A stretch of DNA of 64,000 nucleotides from an uncultured Chitinophagaceae bacterium (GTDB lineage: Bacteria > Bacteroidota > Bacteroidia > Chitinophagales > Chitinophagaceae). The DNA lies in the NCBI GenBank assembly GCA_963785915.1, contig CAWAWY010000005.1, forward strand, positions 24,301 through 88,300, written 5' to 3'. Below, piece by piece: positions 42,929 through 52,313 of this stretch; position 1 is the stretch's first letter; each line of letters begins with the position of its first letter. The position numbers were made by a program, and so were the translations under genes. Below the pieces are notes generated by a model. The model saw only the letters and a list, made by a program, of their open reading frames with translations, was not told the DNA's origin and searched no databases.

Positions 42929-43040
42929 ATTTCTTCAAAAATTCCTTTGTATCTATAACATCATCTACCGCACCTGAGTTTGAACACATGTTAAAAACTA
43001 TTCCTGAATAAAAAAATTCTCTGCCTACATTTGCTTCGAT

Positions 43041-43250
43041 TTGGTTTCCGATTTAAATATCGGGATGAAAAGGGAAACCGGTGTACTTGCCTGCCGAAGG
43101 TACGGAGTCCGGTGCTATCCCCGTAGCTGTAAGGGGCCTCCCCAAACCCCTCCGAAGGAGGGGCTTACGAGAAGCTTCAATCTTCGCCACTGTTAAGAAC
43201 AACGGGAAGGCGTTGAAGTAAACCCCAAGCCAGAAGACCTGCCACATCAA
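43041..43250 (+). promoter_or_regulatory. cobalamin (B12) riboswitch
   Basis: Conserved blocks aaagggaaaccggtg, agtccggtgctatccccgtagctgtaa, gccactg, gggaaggcg and the B12 box agccagaagacctgcc. Lies upstream of a TonB-dependent receptor. Confidence 0.8.
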
Positions 43251-43380
43251 TTAACAACATTCAGCTTTCGGGTGAAAGGCATGAAATGTAAAAGTCGAAG
43301 GACGTTTATATTTCTTTCACGCCGTTGTTGGTGTCCCCACCGACAACTCTTACACGAAAGCAGTCACTAAAAATTTTTCA

Positions 43381-45384
43381 ATGATGAAAAAGAAAATTTT
43401 TATTGTGGCTGCTCTGATCTTCAGCAGCCAATTGCACGGACAAATTTTTCCGTCAAAAAAAAATGACTCAGTAGTTGTGATCATTGATGATTTCCCTTAT
43501 CTGGCCAGGCAGCTTGACAGGGTGGTGGTTACCACCAATAAATATCCAAAAAAGCAAAGCCAGACTGGAAAAGTAACAACAGTAATTGATAAAGAAATGC
43601 TGGAGAAAATGGGAGGACGAACGGTTGGGGAAATTTTGAATTCGGCTGCTGGAGTAACGATCAATGGTGCCAATAACGCTTTAGGCACAAACCAGCGTAT
43701 CAGCATCCGCGGCTCATCGGATGGAAATGTTTTGTTGCTCGTTGACGGCCTACCGGTAAATGACCCGTCAGTCATCAGTAATTATTTTGATCTGAATTTT
43801 GTCAATACTTCACAGATTGAGCGTATAGAAATCCTGAAAGGAGGTCAATCGACTTTATATGGCTCAGACGCGGTAAGCGGCGTGATTAATATCATTACAA
43901 AAAAGGCGGAAAGTAAAAAAATTGCGTCTACTGCTTCTTTAAGTTTTGGAAGCTATAATACGTTAAATGGCAGCGCAGGAATAAATGGCAATACAAAAGC
44001 AATCACCTACAATATATATACATCACATATTTCTTCAAAAGGCTTTTCTTCAGCATATGACTCTGCGGGGAATAAAAATTTTGATAAAGACAAATATCGT
44101 CAATATCTGCTGCAGGGAAATATCGGTGTAAAAATTTCAGATAAAGTGCTATGGAATATTTCAGGCAATTACAGTCGTTACAAAGCGGATGTAGATGCAG
44201 CCGCCTTTACGGATGATAAGGACTTCTTTATTCGAAATAAAAATTTTCAAGCGGCTTCAGGTTTGCAATGGAAACAGGCAAAAGGCCAGATGAATTTCAA
44301 CTACCAATTTAATTATGTACAGCGCTTTTATCTTGACGACTCAACTGACCTCGGATCATTTTCTTACTTTTCAAAAAGTACATACACTGGTCGCACACAT
44401 TTTGCAGAACTGTATGAAAATTTTCAATGGCATCATGTTTCATTGCTGGCAGGGATTGACTATCGTTTTTACAACAGCAACCAGGTTTATCATTCCATCA
44501 CTGCATTTGGTCCGTTTGATACGGAGCTAAATGATTCTGTAGCAAAAATGTGGCAGGTCAGTCCCTACGTTTCTTTGGTGTATAATGACCGGAAGGCAAA
44601 TATCGAAGCAGGAGCCCGCTTGAATCATCATAATGTATATGGTAACAATTCTACTTATACATTCAACCCGTCGTATTTAATTTATCAAAAAGTAAAACTG
44701 TTTGCAAACCTTTCCTCCGCGTTTAAAACGCCTTCCTTGTACCAGTTGTTTGATCCTTATAGCGGTAATAAAAACCTGGATCCTGAAAAAACAAATATAA
44801 CCGAGACCGGCGTTGAGGTATACCCGACAGGTATTATGCGATTGCGATTCACCGGCTTTTTCAGGAAGACAAAAAATGCGATACAATATATTATCGCCGA
44901 CCCGGTATTTTTCAATGGTCAATATCGAAACGTCAGCAACCAAAAAAATTCCGGGTTTGAATTTGAGTTGAATTATACCGGTGAAAAATGGAATATCAAC
45001 GCCAATTATACTTATACCAAAGGAAAGATCACTTCAGCTTATTCAGAAAGCGGCGATCATTTATCAAAAGACACAACGTATAATAACCTGTATCGTGTGC
45101 CCGCTCATGCTTTTAATATTTTCGCGGGCTACCAGGTGAATAAGGAATTTGGCCTCAGTTGCCTGCTCAGGTATACCGGTAAACGACAGGAACCCGTATA
45201 TGCTTCCGTACCAATACTGCTGGATGATTATATCGCCATTGATATCTCGGGTCACTATAGAATTAATCAGCATATAAGAATGTTCATTGATCTGAAAAAT
45301 ATCACCAACACAAAATACTTTGATATCCCCGGTTATAATTCAAAAAGATTCAACTGGAGTAGTGGGGTGAGTGTTAATTTTTAA
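43381..45384 (+). CDS. btuB: TonB-dependent vitamin B12 receptor
   Basis: 667 aa with a plug domain (IEILKGGQSTLYGSDAVSGVINI). Controlled by the riboswitch immediately upstream. Confidence 0.8.
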   Translation: MMKKKIFIVAALIFSSQLHGQIFPSKKNDSVVVIIDDFPYLARQLDRVVVTTNKYPKKQSQTGKVTTVIDKEMLEKMGGRTVGEILNSAAGVTINGANNALGTNQRISIRGSSDGNVLLLVDGLPVNDPSVISNYFDLNFVNTSQIERIEILKGGQSTLYGSDAVSGVINIITKKAESKKIASTASLSFGSYNTLNGSAGINGNTKAITYNIYTSHISSKGFSSAYDSAGNKNFDKDKYRQYLLQGNIGVKISDKVLWNISGNYSRYKADVDAAAFTDDKDFFIRNKNFQAASGLQWKQAKGQMNFNYQFNYVQRFYLDDSTDLGSFSYFSKSTYTGRTHFAELYENFQWHHVSLLAGIDYRFYNSNQVYHSITAFGPFDTELNDSVAKMWQVSPYVSLVYNDRKANIEAGARLNHHNVYGNNSTYTFNPSYLIYQKVKLFANLSSAFKTPSLYQLFDPYSGNKNLDPEKTNITETGVEVYPTGIMRLRFTGFFRKTKNAIQYIIADPVFFNGQYRNVSNQKNSGFEFELNYTGEKWNINANYTYTKGKITSAYSESGDHLSKDTTYNNLYRVPAHAFNIFAGYQVNKEFGLSCLLRYTGKRQEPVYASVPILLDDYIAIDISGHYRINQHIRMFIDLKNITNTKYFDIPGYNSKRFNWSSGVSVNF

Positions 45385-45395
45385 ATTTGATTAGT

Positions 45396-45611
45396 ATGTG
45401 CCGGCACGAAATAAAATCCTGCGCTCGATGTAATAAGACATTCGAATGTAAACCCGGCTCTATCACACAATGCCAATGCTTCTTAGTACAATTAACAATA
45501 GAACAAAGAGCCTACCTGGAGCAACGCTATAGTGACTGTCTCTGCATAAACTGTTTGGCTCAACTGCAGGAAGAATTTGAATTGTTCAAGGAAAAATATA
45601 TTTATCAATAA
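45396..45611 (+). CDS. cysteine-rich CWC family protein
   Basis: MCRHEIKSCARCNKTFECKPGSITQCQCF...CLCINCL. Small Cys-rich protein immediately after btuB. Confidence 0.6.
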   Translation: MCRHEIKSCARCNKTFECKPGSITQCQCFLVQLTIEQRAYLEQRYSDCLCINCLAQLQEEFELFKEKYIYQ

Positions 45612-45666
45612 ATGGGCTGAACCAGCAGAGCATTTCTCAAATATTACCTTTGCCAAAACCTGCATT

Positions 45667-46269
45667 ATGAATATTGATCCGAAAGCGCTGCTGACAGTGA
45701 CCTTCACTTTATTTGCCATCATTGATATTTTAGGATCCATTCCGATCCTGATCTCATTGAAAGAAAAGATGGGAGGCATACGGGAGTTAAGAGCTACTTT
45801 AATTTCCGGAATTTTAATGATAGTATTCCTTTATGCTGGCGAAGCTTTCTTAAATATCCTGGGGCTTGATGTCGGATCATTTGCAGTGGGTGGTTCCATT
45901 GTAATTTTCATTCTTGGATTGGAAATGGTTCTTGGACTGGAATTTTTTAAAAGTGAAAAAGATGTAAAGGCAGCAACGGTAGTGCCGATCGCCTTTCCAT
46001 TGATCGCCGGATCGGGCACATTGACAACCGTGATGTCTTTGAAAGCAAATTACGGTCAGGTTACGCTCTTGATAGCAATACTGATAAATCTTGTTATTGT
46101 TTTTATTGTATTAAAATCACTTGGTTATATCGCAAGGTTGCTTGGCCCCGCCGGCTTGATAGCCGTACGTAAATTTTTTGGCGTAATATTGCTGGCTATT
46201 GCCGTAAAGATCTTTGCCACAAATGCAAGCGGATTGATTAAAGTAAGTCGATATCTAACTCCAGATTGA
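45667..46269 (+). CDS. MarC family (UPF0056) membrane protein
   Basis: Start moved to MNIDPKALLTVTFTLFAIIDILGSIP. Has six TM segments. Confidence 0.8.
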   Translation: MNIDPKALLTVTFTLFAIIDILGSIPILISLKEKMGGIRELRATLISGILMIVFLYAGEAFLNILGLDVGSFAVGGSIVIFILGLEMVLGLEFFKSEKDVKAATVVPIAFPLIAGSGTLTTVMSLKANYGQVTLLIAILINLVIVFIVLKSLGYIARLLGPAGLIAVRKFFGVILLAIAVKIFATNASGLIKVSRYLTPD

Positions 46270-46313
46270 TACTGGTCGTATTTAAGCGGAGATCTGGAAC
46301 TGACATTCAATTT

Positions 46314-46395
46314 GGCCTCGTAGTACAATGGATAGTATAATCCCGACAGTACTGTTGGGACGAAGCTCCAAATGCTGGTTGCCTCCTGTCGGCAG
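46314..46395 (+). pseudogene. tRNA-Arg-derived pseudo-tRNA
   Basis: The 5' acceptor and D arm are identical to the downstream tRNA. The anticodon arm is replaced by the hairpin tcccgac-agtact-gttggga. The T arm and 3' acceptor are degenerate. Confidence 0.55.
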
Positions 46396-46479
46396 TTGTA
46401 GTAAAGATCTTTGCCAATTAAGTAATTTCAGATTGAATATTTTTGTGCCTTCTCTGAATATTAATTTTAAATAATAGTC

Positions 46480-46551
46480 GGCCTCGTAGTACAATGGATA
46501 GTATAAGAGCCTCCGAAGCTCCAGATGCAGGTTCGATTCCCGCCGAGGCTA
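46480..46551 (+). tRNA. tRNA-Arg (anticodon CCG)
   Basis: Manual cloverleaf: acceptor ggcctcg/cgaggct, D stem gtac/gtat, anticodon loop ctCCGaa, T loop ttcgatt, discriminator A. CCA is not encoded. Confidence 0.85.
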
Positions 46552-46573
46552 CACAATTTTTACGTTAAAGATT

Positions 46574-47419
46574 TTAATCTTTTAATTGATTCAGTTTTTC
46601 ATCAGTCATCCGCTCCGCCATCTTCCATTTCCGGATTTTAGTGAACGGCAATTTCAACAAATTTCCAATGGTGAGCTCATTTTCCTCCGGATATGACGGA
46701 ACACCTGTCACAACCTGGAGCTGGTGGATATTTAATCTTATCGTTTTATGCATCCTGTCCCAAAAAGAAAAAATTATAGAATAGTTACTATCTGTCTCAT
46801 TTTTTACCATAGAATGATGAATACCATGCATTCTTGGGGTGACGATAATTTTATTCATCCATTTTTCAATAACAAAAGGAAGTTTTATATTGCTGTGATG
46901 AAATTGAGTAGCGGCTTCAAACACTATTTCATAAATAAGGACCATCAGCGGAGAAGCGCCGATTAACACGATAGCCACCCCCCGAAACAAAACGGATCCG
47001 ATCATTTCACCAAAATGAAAACGAAAAGCAGTTGTTACGTCAAGGTCGAGATCGGTATGATGAACCAGGTGAAACCGCCAAAGGACAGGTAGCTTATGTA
47101 GCAGGATATGCCAGAGATAATTGCTGTAATCCAGTAATAAAAAAGTAATAACAGATCTTATAAGAACTGGCGTCTCAATTAAATAATTAAGCCCAAATTG
47201 CCATTGCTGATTTTTCACTGCCAGCCAGACCATGGCGGGAATAAGCAACAGTCTTAATAAAACAAATGCAGGAATAGAAACAATAAAATTGATGATGATC
47301 CTTTTGAAACGCTTCTGCACTCTTTTTCTTAATTGGAATTTTGTTTCAAGAAAAAAAAGGAGAATAAATATTCCAACAAGTATGGGAGCTCCAAACTGGT
47401 CGAAGATGTTTTTAATCAT
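46574..47419 (-). CDS. fatty acid hydroxylase / sterol desaturase family membrane protein
   Basis: 281 aa with histidine boxes HILLH, HLVHH and HGIHH. Confidence 0.75.
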   Translation of the reverse strand: MIKNIFDQFGAPILVGIFILLFFLETKFQLRKRVQKRFKRIIINFIVSIPAFVLLRLLLIPAMVWLAVKNQQWQFGLNYLIETPVLIRSVITFLLLDYSNYLWHILLHKLPVLWRFHLVHHTDLDLDVTTAFRFHFGEMIGSVLFRGVAIVLIGASPLMVLIYEIVFEAATQFHHSNIKLPFVIEKWMNKIIVTPRMHGIHHSMVKNETDSNYSIIFSFWDRMHKTIRLNIHQLQVVTGVPSYPEENELTIGNLLKLPFTKIRKWKMAERMTDEKLNQLKD

Positions 47420-47496
47420 CGATTCTTAATTTTTACATTCTTCCCGTTTCATTGAAGCCGACATCATACCTTAACTCCAATTCACTCCAGGTTTCA

Positions 47497-48935
47497 TCAG
47501 CCAAAAATTTTATATGCTATTTTCAAAAGCTTTTCCAGGTTGCTGTTTAATTTTTTTTCCCTTTGTTTAGAAATAATGCGCTGATTTATTCTTGACGCTA
47601 CAGGATAGGGATAGACTTTATTAAACAGGGCATTGACAGATAATCCTTCGGAATTGGCCAATATCAATTCCTGGATAAGTTCTCCCGCATGAGGCGCTAC
47701 CATTGTACCGCCAAGTATCTTTTTCTTTTTTATAAAAGCTCCCGGGGGTGATGTATAAAATCATCTTTGCGTATTGATAATTATCTATAACGGCCCTGTC
47801 ATCCTTGTTAAAATCCTGTTCCAACCTTTTGTACGTAACATTCCTTTTGTTTAGTTGCTTTTCATTCATGCCAAACGTTGCCACTTCAGGATCCGTGAAA
47901 CTGACCCAGGACATATGATCGTTATTTAATTTTCTTTTAAATGGCGATAGAAAATTATTGATCAATATACGGGCATGGAACTCTGCAGCATGGGAAAAGA
48001 TAAGATCACCGGCCACATCGCCGCAAACATAGACGTTCTTATTACTCGTGCGCAGGTAGTTATTCACAGCTATTTTTTGCTCTTTGACTTCGATTTCTGC
48101 ATTCTCTAATTGCAGTGAGTCAAACTGCAATTCCCGGCCAATGCCAACGAAGACTGCATCGAAAGTTAAATTCCTGCTATCGGCATCCGTCATTTTTATT
48201 ACTGCTTCGTTTCCCGATTTGAAGCTCTCCACTCCGGCATTGAGCAGGAATTCGATCCCTTCCTTCTCCAGCCTTTGTAAAAGAACAGATGTTACTTCTG
48301 CGTCATCATGCTCAAGAATGTGGTTGCCCTGGTGTACAACAATTACTTTTCTTGCCCAGGCGGTTCAGGGCTTGTGCCGTTTCGATCCCGATAGGACCAC
48401 CACCAACCACTAAGATATTTTCAGGTAAATTGTCAATATAAAAAATATTGTCGTTGTCAAAATACTTCACCTGTTCAACACCCGGAACATTTAGCTTTCG
48501 TGGTGTAGAGCCTGTTGCAATTATAATATTTTTGCCCATGTATAACCTGCCATTTACTTCAACAACTTTCTTTCCTGCAAACCTTGCTGCGCCTAATGCA
48601 ACGTCTATCCCTCTTTGTGTTAGCCATTCTGTATTCTCATGCTTGCGGATAATTTCCTGTCTCTGGTAAACATAGTCAATAATTTTTTTTATATCTGCCC
48701 TTCCTTTTACATCCAGTCCAAATTCATTTGCCTTTTTGGCATCATGTACGATCCTTGAAACATGGATCAACGCTTTGCTCGGTACGCAACCATTATTCAA
48801 ACAGTCTCCGCCAATGTCTTTATCAGTTTTTTCGATCATTAAAACTTTGAATCCAAATTTATTCATGGTTAAACCGACACTTAGTCCGCCGGAGCCCGCA
48901 CCAATTACTATTATGTCGTATGTAGATATATTCAT
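47497..48935 (-). pseudogene. class-I pyridine nucleotide-disulfide oxidoreductase, 2 frameshifts
   Basis: Three ORF pieces. Contains GAGSGG, the redox disulfide CLNNGCVPSK and a C-terminal dimerisation domain. The frames join if one base is dropped from the T4 run at 48347-48350 and one from the A4 run at 47734-47737. Confidence 0.8.
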
Positions 48936-48972
48936 GATTATATGACCGCCGCGCCGGAAATCGTTTTGAATT

Positions 48973-49672
48973 TCACCTGATATCGTTATACCATTGATTT
49001 AATTTTGCAGGTGAAAAACCAAGTAAATAAAGACGTTTAATCACCATCCATTTTATTCTTGTCCTGAGAAAACCATCTTTGACATGCCTTCTTGCGTTGA
49101 CAATTAATTTTGGTTCTTTGACGAGGCAGACCTTATACCTGGCACGCATTCGAATTGAAAAATCATAGTCTTCCATGATCGGTATTTCTTTAAAGCCGTC
49201 CCAATTCATCAAAAATTTTTTTTCTCACAAAAATTCCATTATCGCCATAGAAAATTTTTCTTTCCGATTGCTCTCTTTTTCTTAATCCCAGATGCATGAT
49301 CTTTCCAAATTTTTTTATCTTTCTGCTATGCCTGTCAAAAACATTAAGGAAGCCGCCACCGTCACAACCATTTTCATAAATTTCCTGATTTATTGTTCTT
49401 AAGGCGCCGCAGGGCACATACATATCGGCATGAACAAAAAAAAGTATATCTCCTGTTGCCAATTTAGCTGCGGCGTTTAGTTGTTTAGCTCTGCCCTTTT
49501 CAGCCTGAATCACTTTGGCATATGAACTTGCCAGGTTTACCGTTCGGTCGTTGCTAAAACCATCACTGACAATGACCTCAAAATCGCCTTCCTCTTTCAG
49601 TTGGCAAAGTTGATGCAGCGTATTCTCAATGCAAGTTTCTTCGTTATAGGCAGGAATAATAACTGATATCAT
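48973..49672 (-). pseudogene. family 2 glycosyltransferase, 1 frameshift
   Basis: MISVIIPAYNEE...FVHADM...GDNGIFVRKKIFDELG|GFKEIPIMEDYDF. The junction lies near 49195-49200. Confidence 0.75.
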
Positions 49673-49695
49673 ATCAAACGATCTTTAGGATCATT

Positions 49696-50139
49696 TTAAT
49701 TTTTATTTCTTAATAACCCCGTCACTAAAAGACAAAACCCGGCAAGATTCAATAAAGCCCGCACGGCATGTGAATATTCCCATTGGCTGCGGAGTTTTTC
49801 CCACTCACCAGGTAATTGTGTCCAGTTGGATGTAGAGGTGTTAGCAGGAAACGTATAAAAGAAAAAGATAGCAAGGCTGATGCTAAAAAGCAACAAGGCG
49901 ACAAGCAAAAAGGGGAAAACAGGTCTCCTTTTCCTTTCGATAATTGTCCAGATCAAAGTCAGCAAAAGACCTCCGATCTCAAATATACCCAGCCATGACC
50001 AACCCCTGTAAATCTGTTGCACTGTCTGATAATCCTGCTTTGTTAAATGAATTTTTCCAGGTAACTCTAACAGGTGTGTCAGCAACGCACTTAATGTAAT
50101 TGTGACAAATAGTATAGTTATAAACCTGAAGATATTCAT
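49696..50139 (-). CDS. DUF1772-like 4-TM membrane protein
   Basis: 147 aa, intact, sitting between the two GT2 genes. Confidence 0.5.
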   Translation of the reverse strand: MNIFRFITILFVTITLSALLTHLLELPGKIHLTKQDYQTVQQIYRGWSWLGIFEIGGLLLTLIWTIIERKRRPVFPFLLVALLLFSISLAIFFFYTFPANTSTSNWTQLPGEWEKLRSQWEYSHAVRALLNLAGFCLLVTGLLRNKN

Positions 50140-50153
50140 ACTGGCTACAGCAT

Positions 50154-50851
50154 TTATAATTTATGACTTTTGACCAGTCTCCTATGCAATTGAATAACCG
50201 TTCCTGTGAATACCCCAGGTAATACAAAATCCAGATACGAAAAAAAATTGCCTGCATCCGGTAAACTCCATTATCTAAATATTTTCTTGCCGAAGTAATT
50301 ACAGTCCCATTCATTACTTTAAATTTTCCATATTTTTTGATGCGGTGAATGATTTCCTGGTCTTCCATCATCAGCAATTCTTCTCTGAAACCACCGCATT
50401 TTTCAAAAATATCTTTCGTAACAAACAGACTTTGATCACCAAACCGAATGCATTTACATTGAAGCGTGTGAACCAGCAATTGGCTTTTAAAAACCAATGA
50501 TCATAATCAAACGCAAGCCGGAAGCATCCGCTTTACAGCTCCCTCTTTATATGCTTTCAAAATCCGGCCTGGAAAACTTTCAGGAGGAATAGTATCGGCA
50601 TGTAAAAAATAGATGATCTCTTGTGTTGCAATGCACAGCTCCATAGTTCATTTGTACAGCCCGCCCTTTGTCGGCAAGAATTATTTTTACACCTTCCGTT
50701 TTAGCTAGTCCTGATCGTATTATCTTTGCTTCCTCCGTCAGCAATAATGATCTCTTTCACCAAATTTGCATTATCATATTTCCACAATCCTCTGAATGGT
50801 AGTTTTTAATATGCGATTCTTCATTGTATGTAGGAATGATAACACTGATCA
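50154..50851 (-). pseudogene. family 2 glycosyltransferase (paralogue of 48973-49672, TIGR04283-like by context), at least 7 frameshifts
   Basis: By frame-hopping: MISVIIPTYNEESHIK / TIQRIVEI / DNANLVKEIIIADGGSKDNTIR / LAKTEGVKIILADKGRAVQMNYGAVH / ATQEIIYFLHADTIPPESFPGRILKAYKEGAV / SGCFRLAFDYDHWFLKANCWFTRFN / RFGDQSLFV...YSQER / LIQLHRRLVKSHKL. Confidence 0.7.
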
Positions 50852-50852
50852 T

Positions 50853-51470
50853 GTTATGCTGCATTTATTGTCATTAAAAGTTCTGACAATCTATTCAGGT
50901 CATCTTCGTTATCAATATCAGATAATTCAGGAAGCAAGAAAATAGATAGCCTTCAGTCGTTCGCAAATGTTCAATGTTTGTCTTTAACACTTCCCCGAGT
51001 ACTCCAATTGATATTTTTAAAAAGTTCGCGTGTAAATTTTTCATAGCCAATAAATAATAACCTCCGTCTTTTGCAGGGCCGATTACTACATCAGATCTAT
51101 TCAGCTAAACATAAGCATTCATAATCAATGGCTGAATTTAATTCAGGCAATCAGTTCCTATAATTGCTACCTTTTCTATAGCCATTTCGAATACATCTGC
51201 AAACGCATTTTGCATTCTTTCACCCAGATCGTTTCCTGATTGAATTTGCTTTTTGTAATATTTTCGATCCCATATATCATTTCGGCACTAATGATCTTGA
51301 GTAAAAAACAATTTTATCAACCGAAAGATCTTTTGTTATCAGATATCGTGTGCCTCATCAAGTTGCTCGTAAACTGGATAGGCTAGCATCATGACCAAGT
51401 GTGGCGGCAAGTCTTGTTTTTACTTCTCCATGAATTAAATTCTTTGCAAAAATCAATAGCGCCTCTTTCA
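50853..51470 (-). pseudogene. DUF2064 (TIGR04282-like) transferase, many frameshifts
   Basis: Fragments MKEALLIFAKNLIHGEVKTRLAATLG, QSGNDLGERMQNAFADVF, VAIIGTDC, DVVIGPAKDGGYYLLAMKNL, ELFKNINWST and LPELSDIDNEDDL lie in alternating frames. The start overlaps the PNP stop (ATGA). Confidence 0.7.
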
Positions 51471-52286
51471 TCTTATATCCTTTATGGTTTCGTAAAATAA
51501 GTTTTGAAAGTTTTTCATCGGCTTTTGCTGCTATCGCAATAATCTCTTCAATATTTACCGGTTTCAGATTATCAGGATCACACTCATCTGTAATAACAGA
51601 AACTGCCGGCACAAGGCAGTTTTGCATGTGATTGGCTGCAATTACTTCAGGCACGGTTGACATTCCCACCATATCAGCACCGATAATTTTCAGATAACGA
51701 TATTCAGCTTTTGTTTCAAGATTGGGGCCATTTACCGCAGCATAAACACCTTTTTTTAACTCAATATTTAATTCCTTTGCCTTGCATTGCAACCAGGTCT
51801 TTTAATGGAGATCATAAGGTTCACTCATGTCAGGAAACCGCGGGCCTAACTCATCATAATTTTTTCCTGTTAATGGATTACCATACAAGTAAATTAATAT
51901 GATCATCAATCAACACCAAGTCACCCTTTTTAAAATTCAGATTAATGCCTCCGGCCGCATTGGATAAAAACAATTTTTGAATTCCCAACAACTTCATTAC
52001 CCGGATTGGAAATACAATTTGCTGCAGTGAATATCCTTCATAAGCATGAAACCGACCCTGCATCACGAGAACATTTTTCTGTTCGATTGTTCCATAGATC
52101 AAATTGCCCTTATGAAATTCTACAGTGGAAACGGGAAAGCCCGGAATTTCAGAATAAGGAGTTATTTTTTTTATTTCATACGTAGTTCAAAAAATGATTC
52201 AATCCTGTTCCCAAAACAATTCCGGTTTCGGCGTGGTTAATTCCTTTTGAAATCAAATATTCTTTTGCTTTTACTATTTGTTCCAT
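51467..52286 (-). pseudogene. purine nucleoside phosphorylase (PunA-type), several frameshifts
   Basis: Fragments [68 protein letters not shown] and AKELNIELKKGVYAAVNGPNLETKAEYRYLKIIGADMVGMSTVPEV. Confidence 0.75.
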
Positions 52287-52313
52287 AAAAAGATTAAAAG
52301 CAAGCAAGAGCAG

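Larger units (their letters stand above)
46195..46552 (+). repeat. degenerate tandem duplication of [marC 3' end + tRNA-Arg]
   Basis: 46314-46340 equals 46480-46506 (27/27). 46361-46380 matches 46514-46533 (18/20). 46204-46219 equals 46400-46415 (16/16). cagattga occurs at 46262 and at 46429. Confidence 0.7.

Noticed and set aside
43053-43250. 65-aa ORF on the minus strand upstream of btuB.
   Set aside because: It lies entirely inside the cobalamin riboswitch on the opposite strand.
46125-46494. Minus-strand ORFs of 67-70 aa (46125-46328 and 46282-46494) over the tRNA region.
   Set aside because: They overlap the marC 3' end, the pseudo-tRNA and the tRNA-Arg, and show no coding features.
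49979-50153. GT2 ORF running 160 nt into the DUF1772 gene.
   Set aside because: This is a read-through caused by a frameshift. In the corrected frame the GT2 ends ..LIQLHRRLVKSHKL at 50154, 14 nt before the DUF1772 start.
51358-51792. Apparent fusion ORF joining the PNP C-terminus to a DUF2064 N-terminus (..RNHKGYKMKEALLIFAK..).
   Set aside because: It is produced by a frameshift. In the neighbouring frame PNP ends ..ETIKDIR with a TGA that overlaps the DUF2064 ATG (ATGA), the normal coupled arrangement.
51780-51812. In-frame TAA (51802-51804) in PNP, which could be evidence of a nonsense substitution.
   Set aside because: A -1/+1 indel pair about 30 nt apart restores YDLHLKDLVAMQAKELNIEL. 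This matches PunA-type spacing far better than H-stop-KTWLQCKAKEL.
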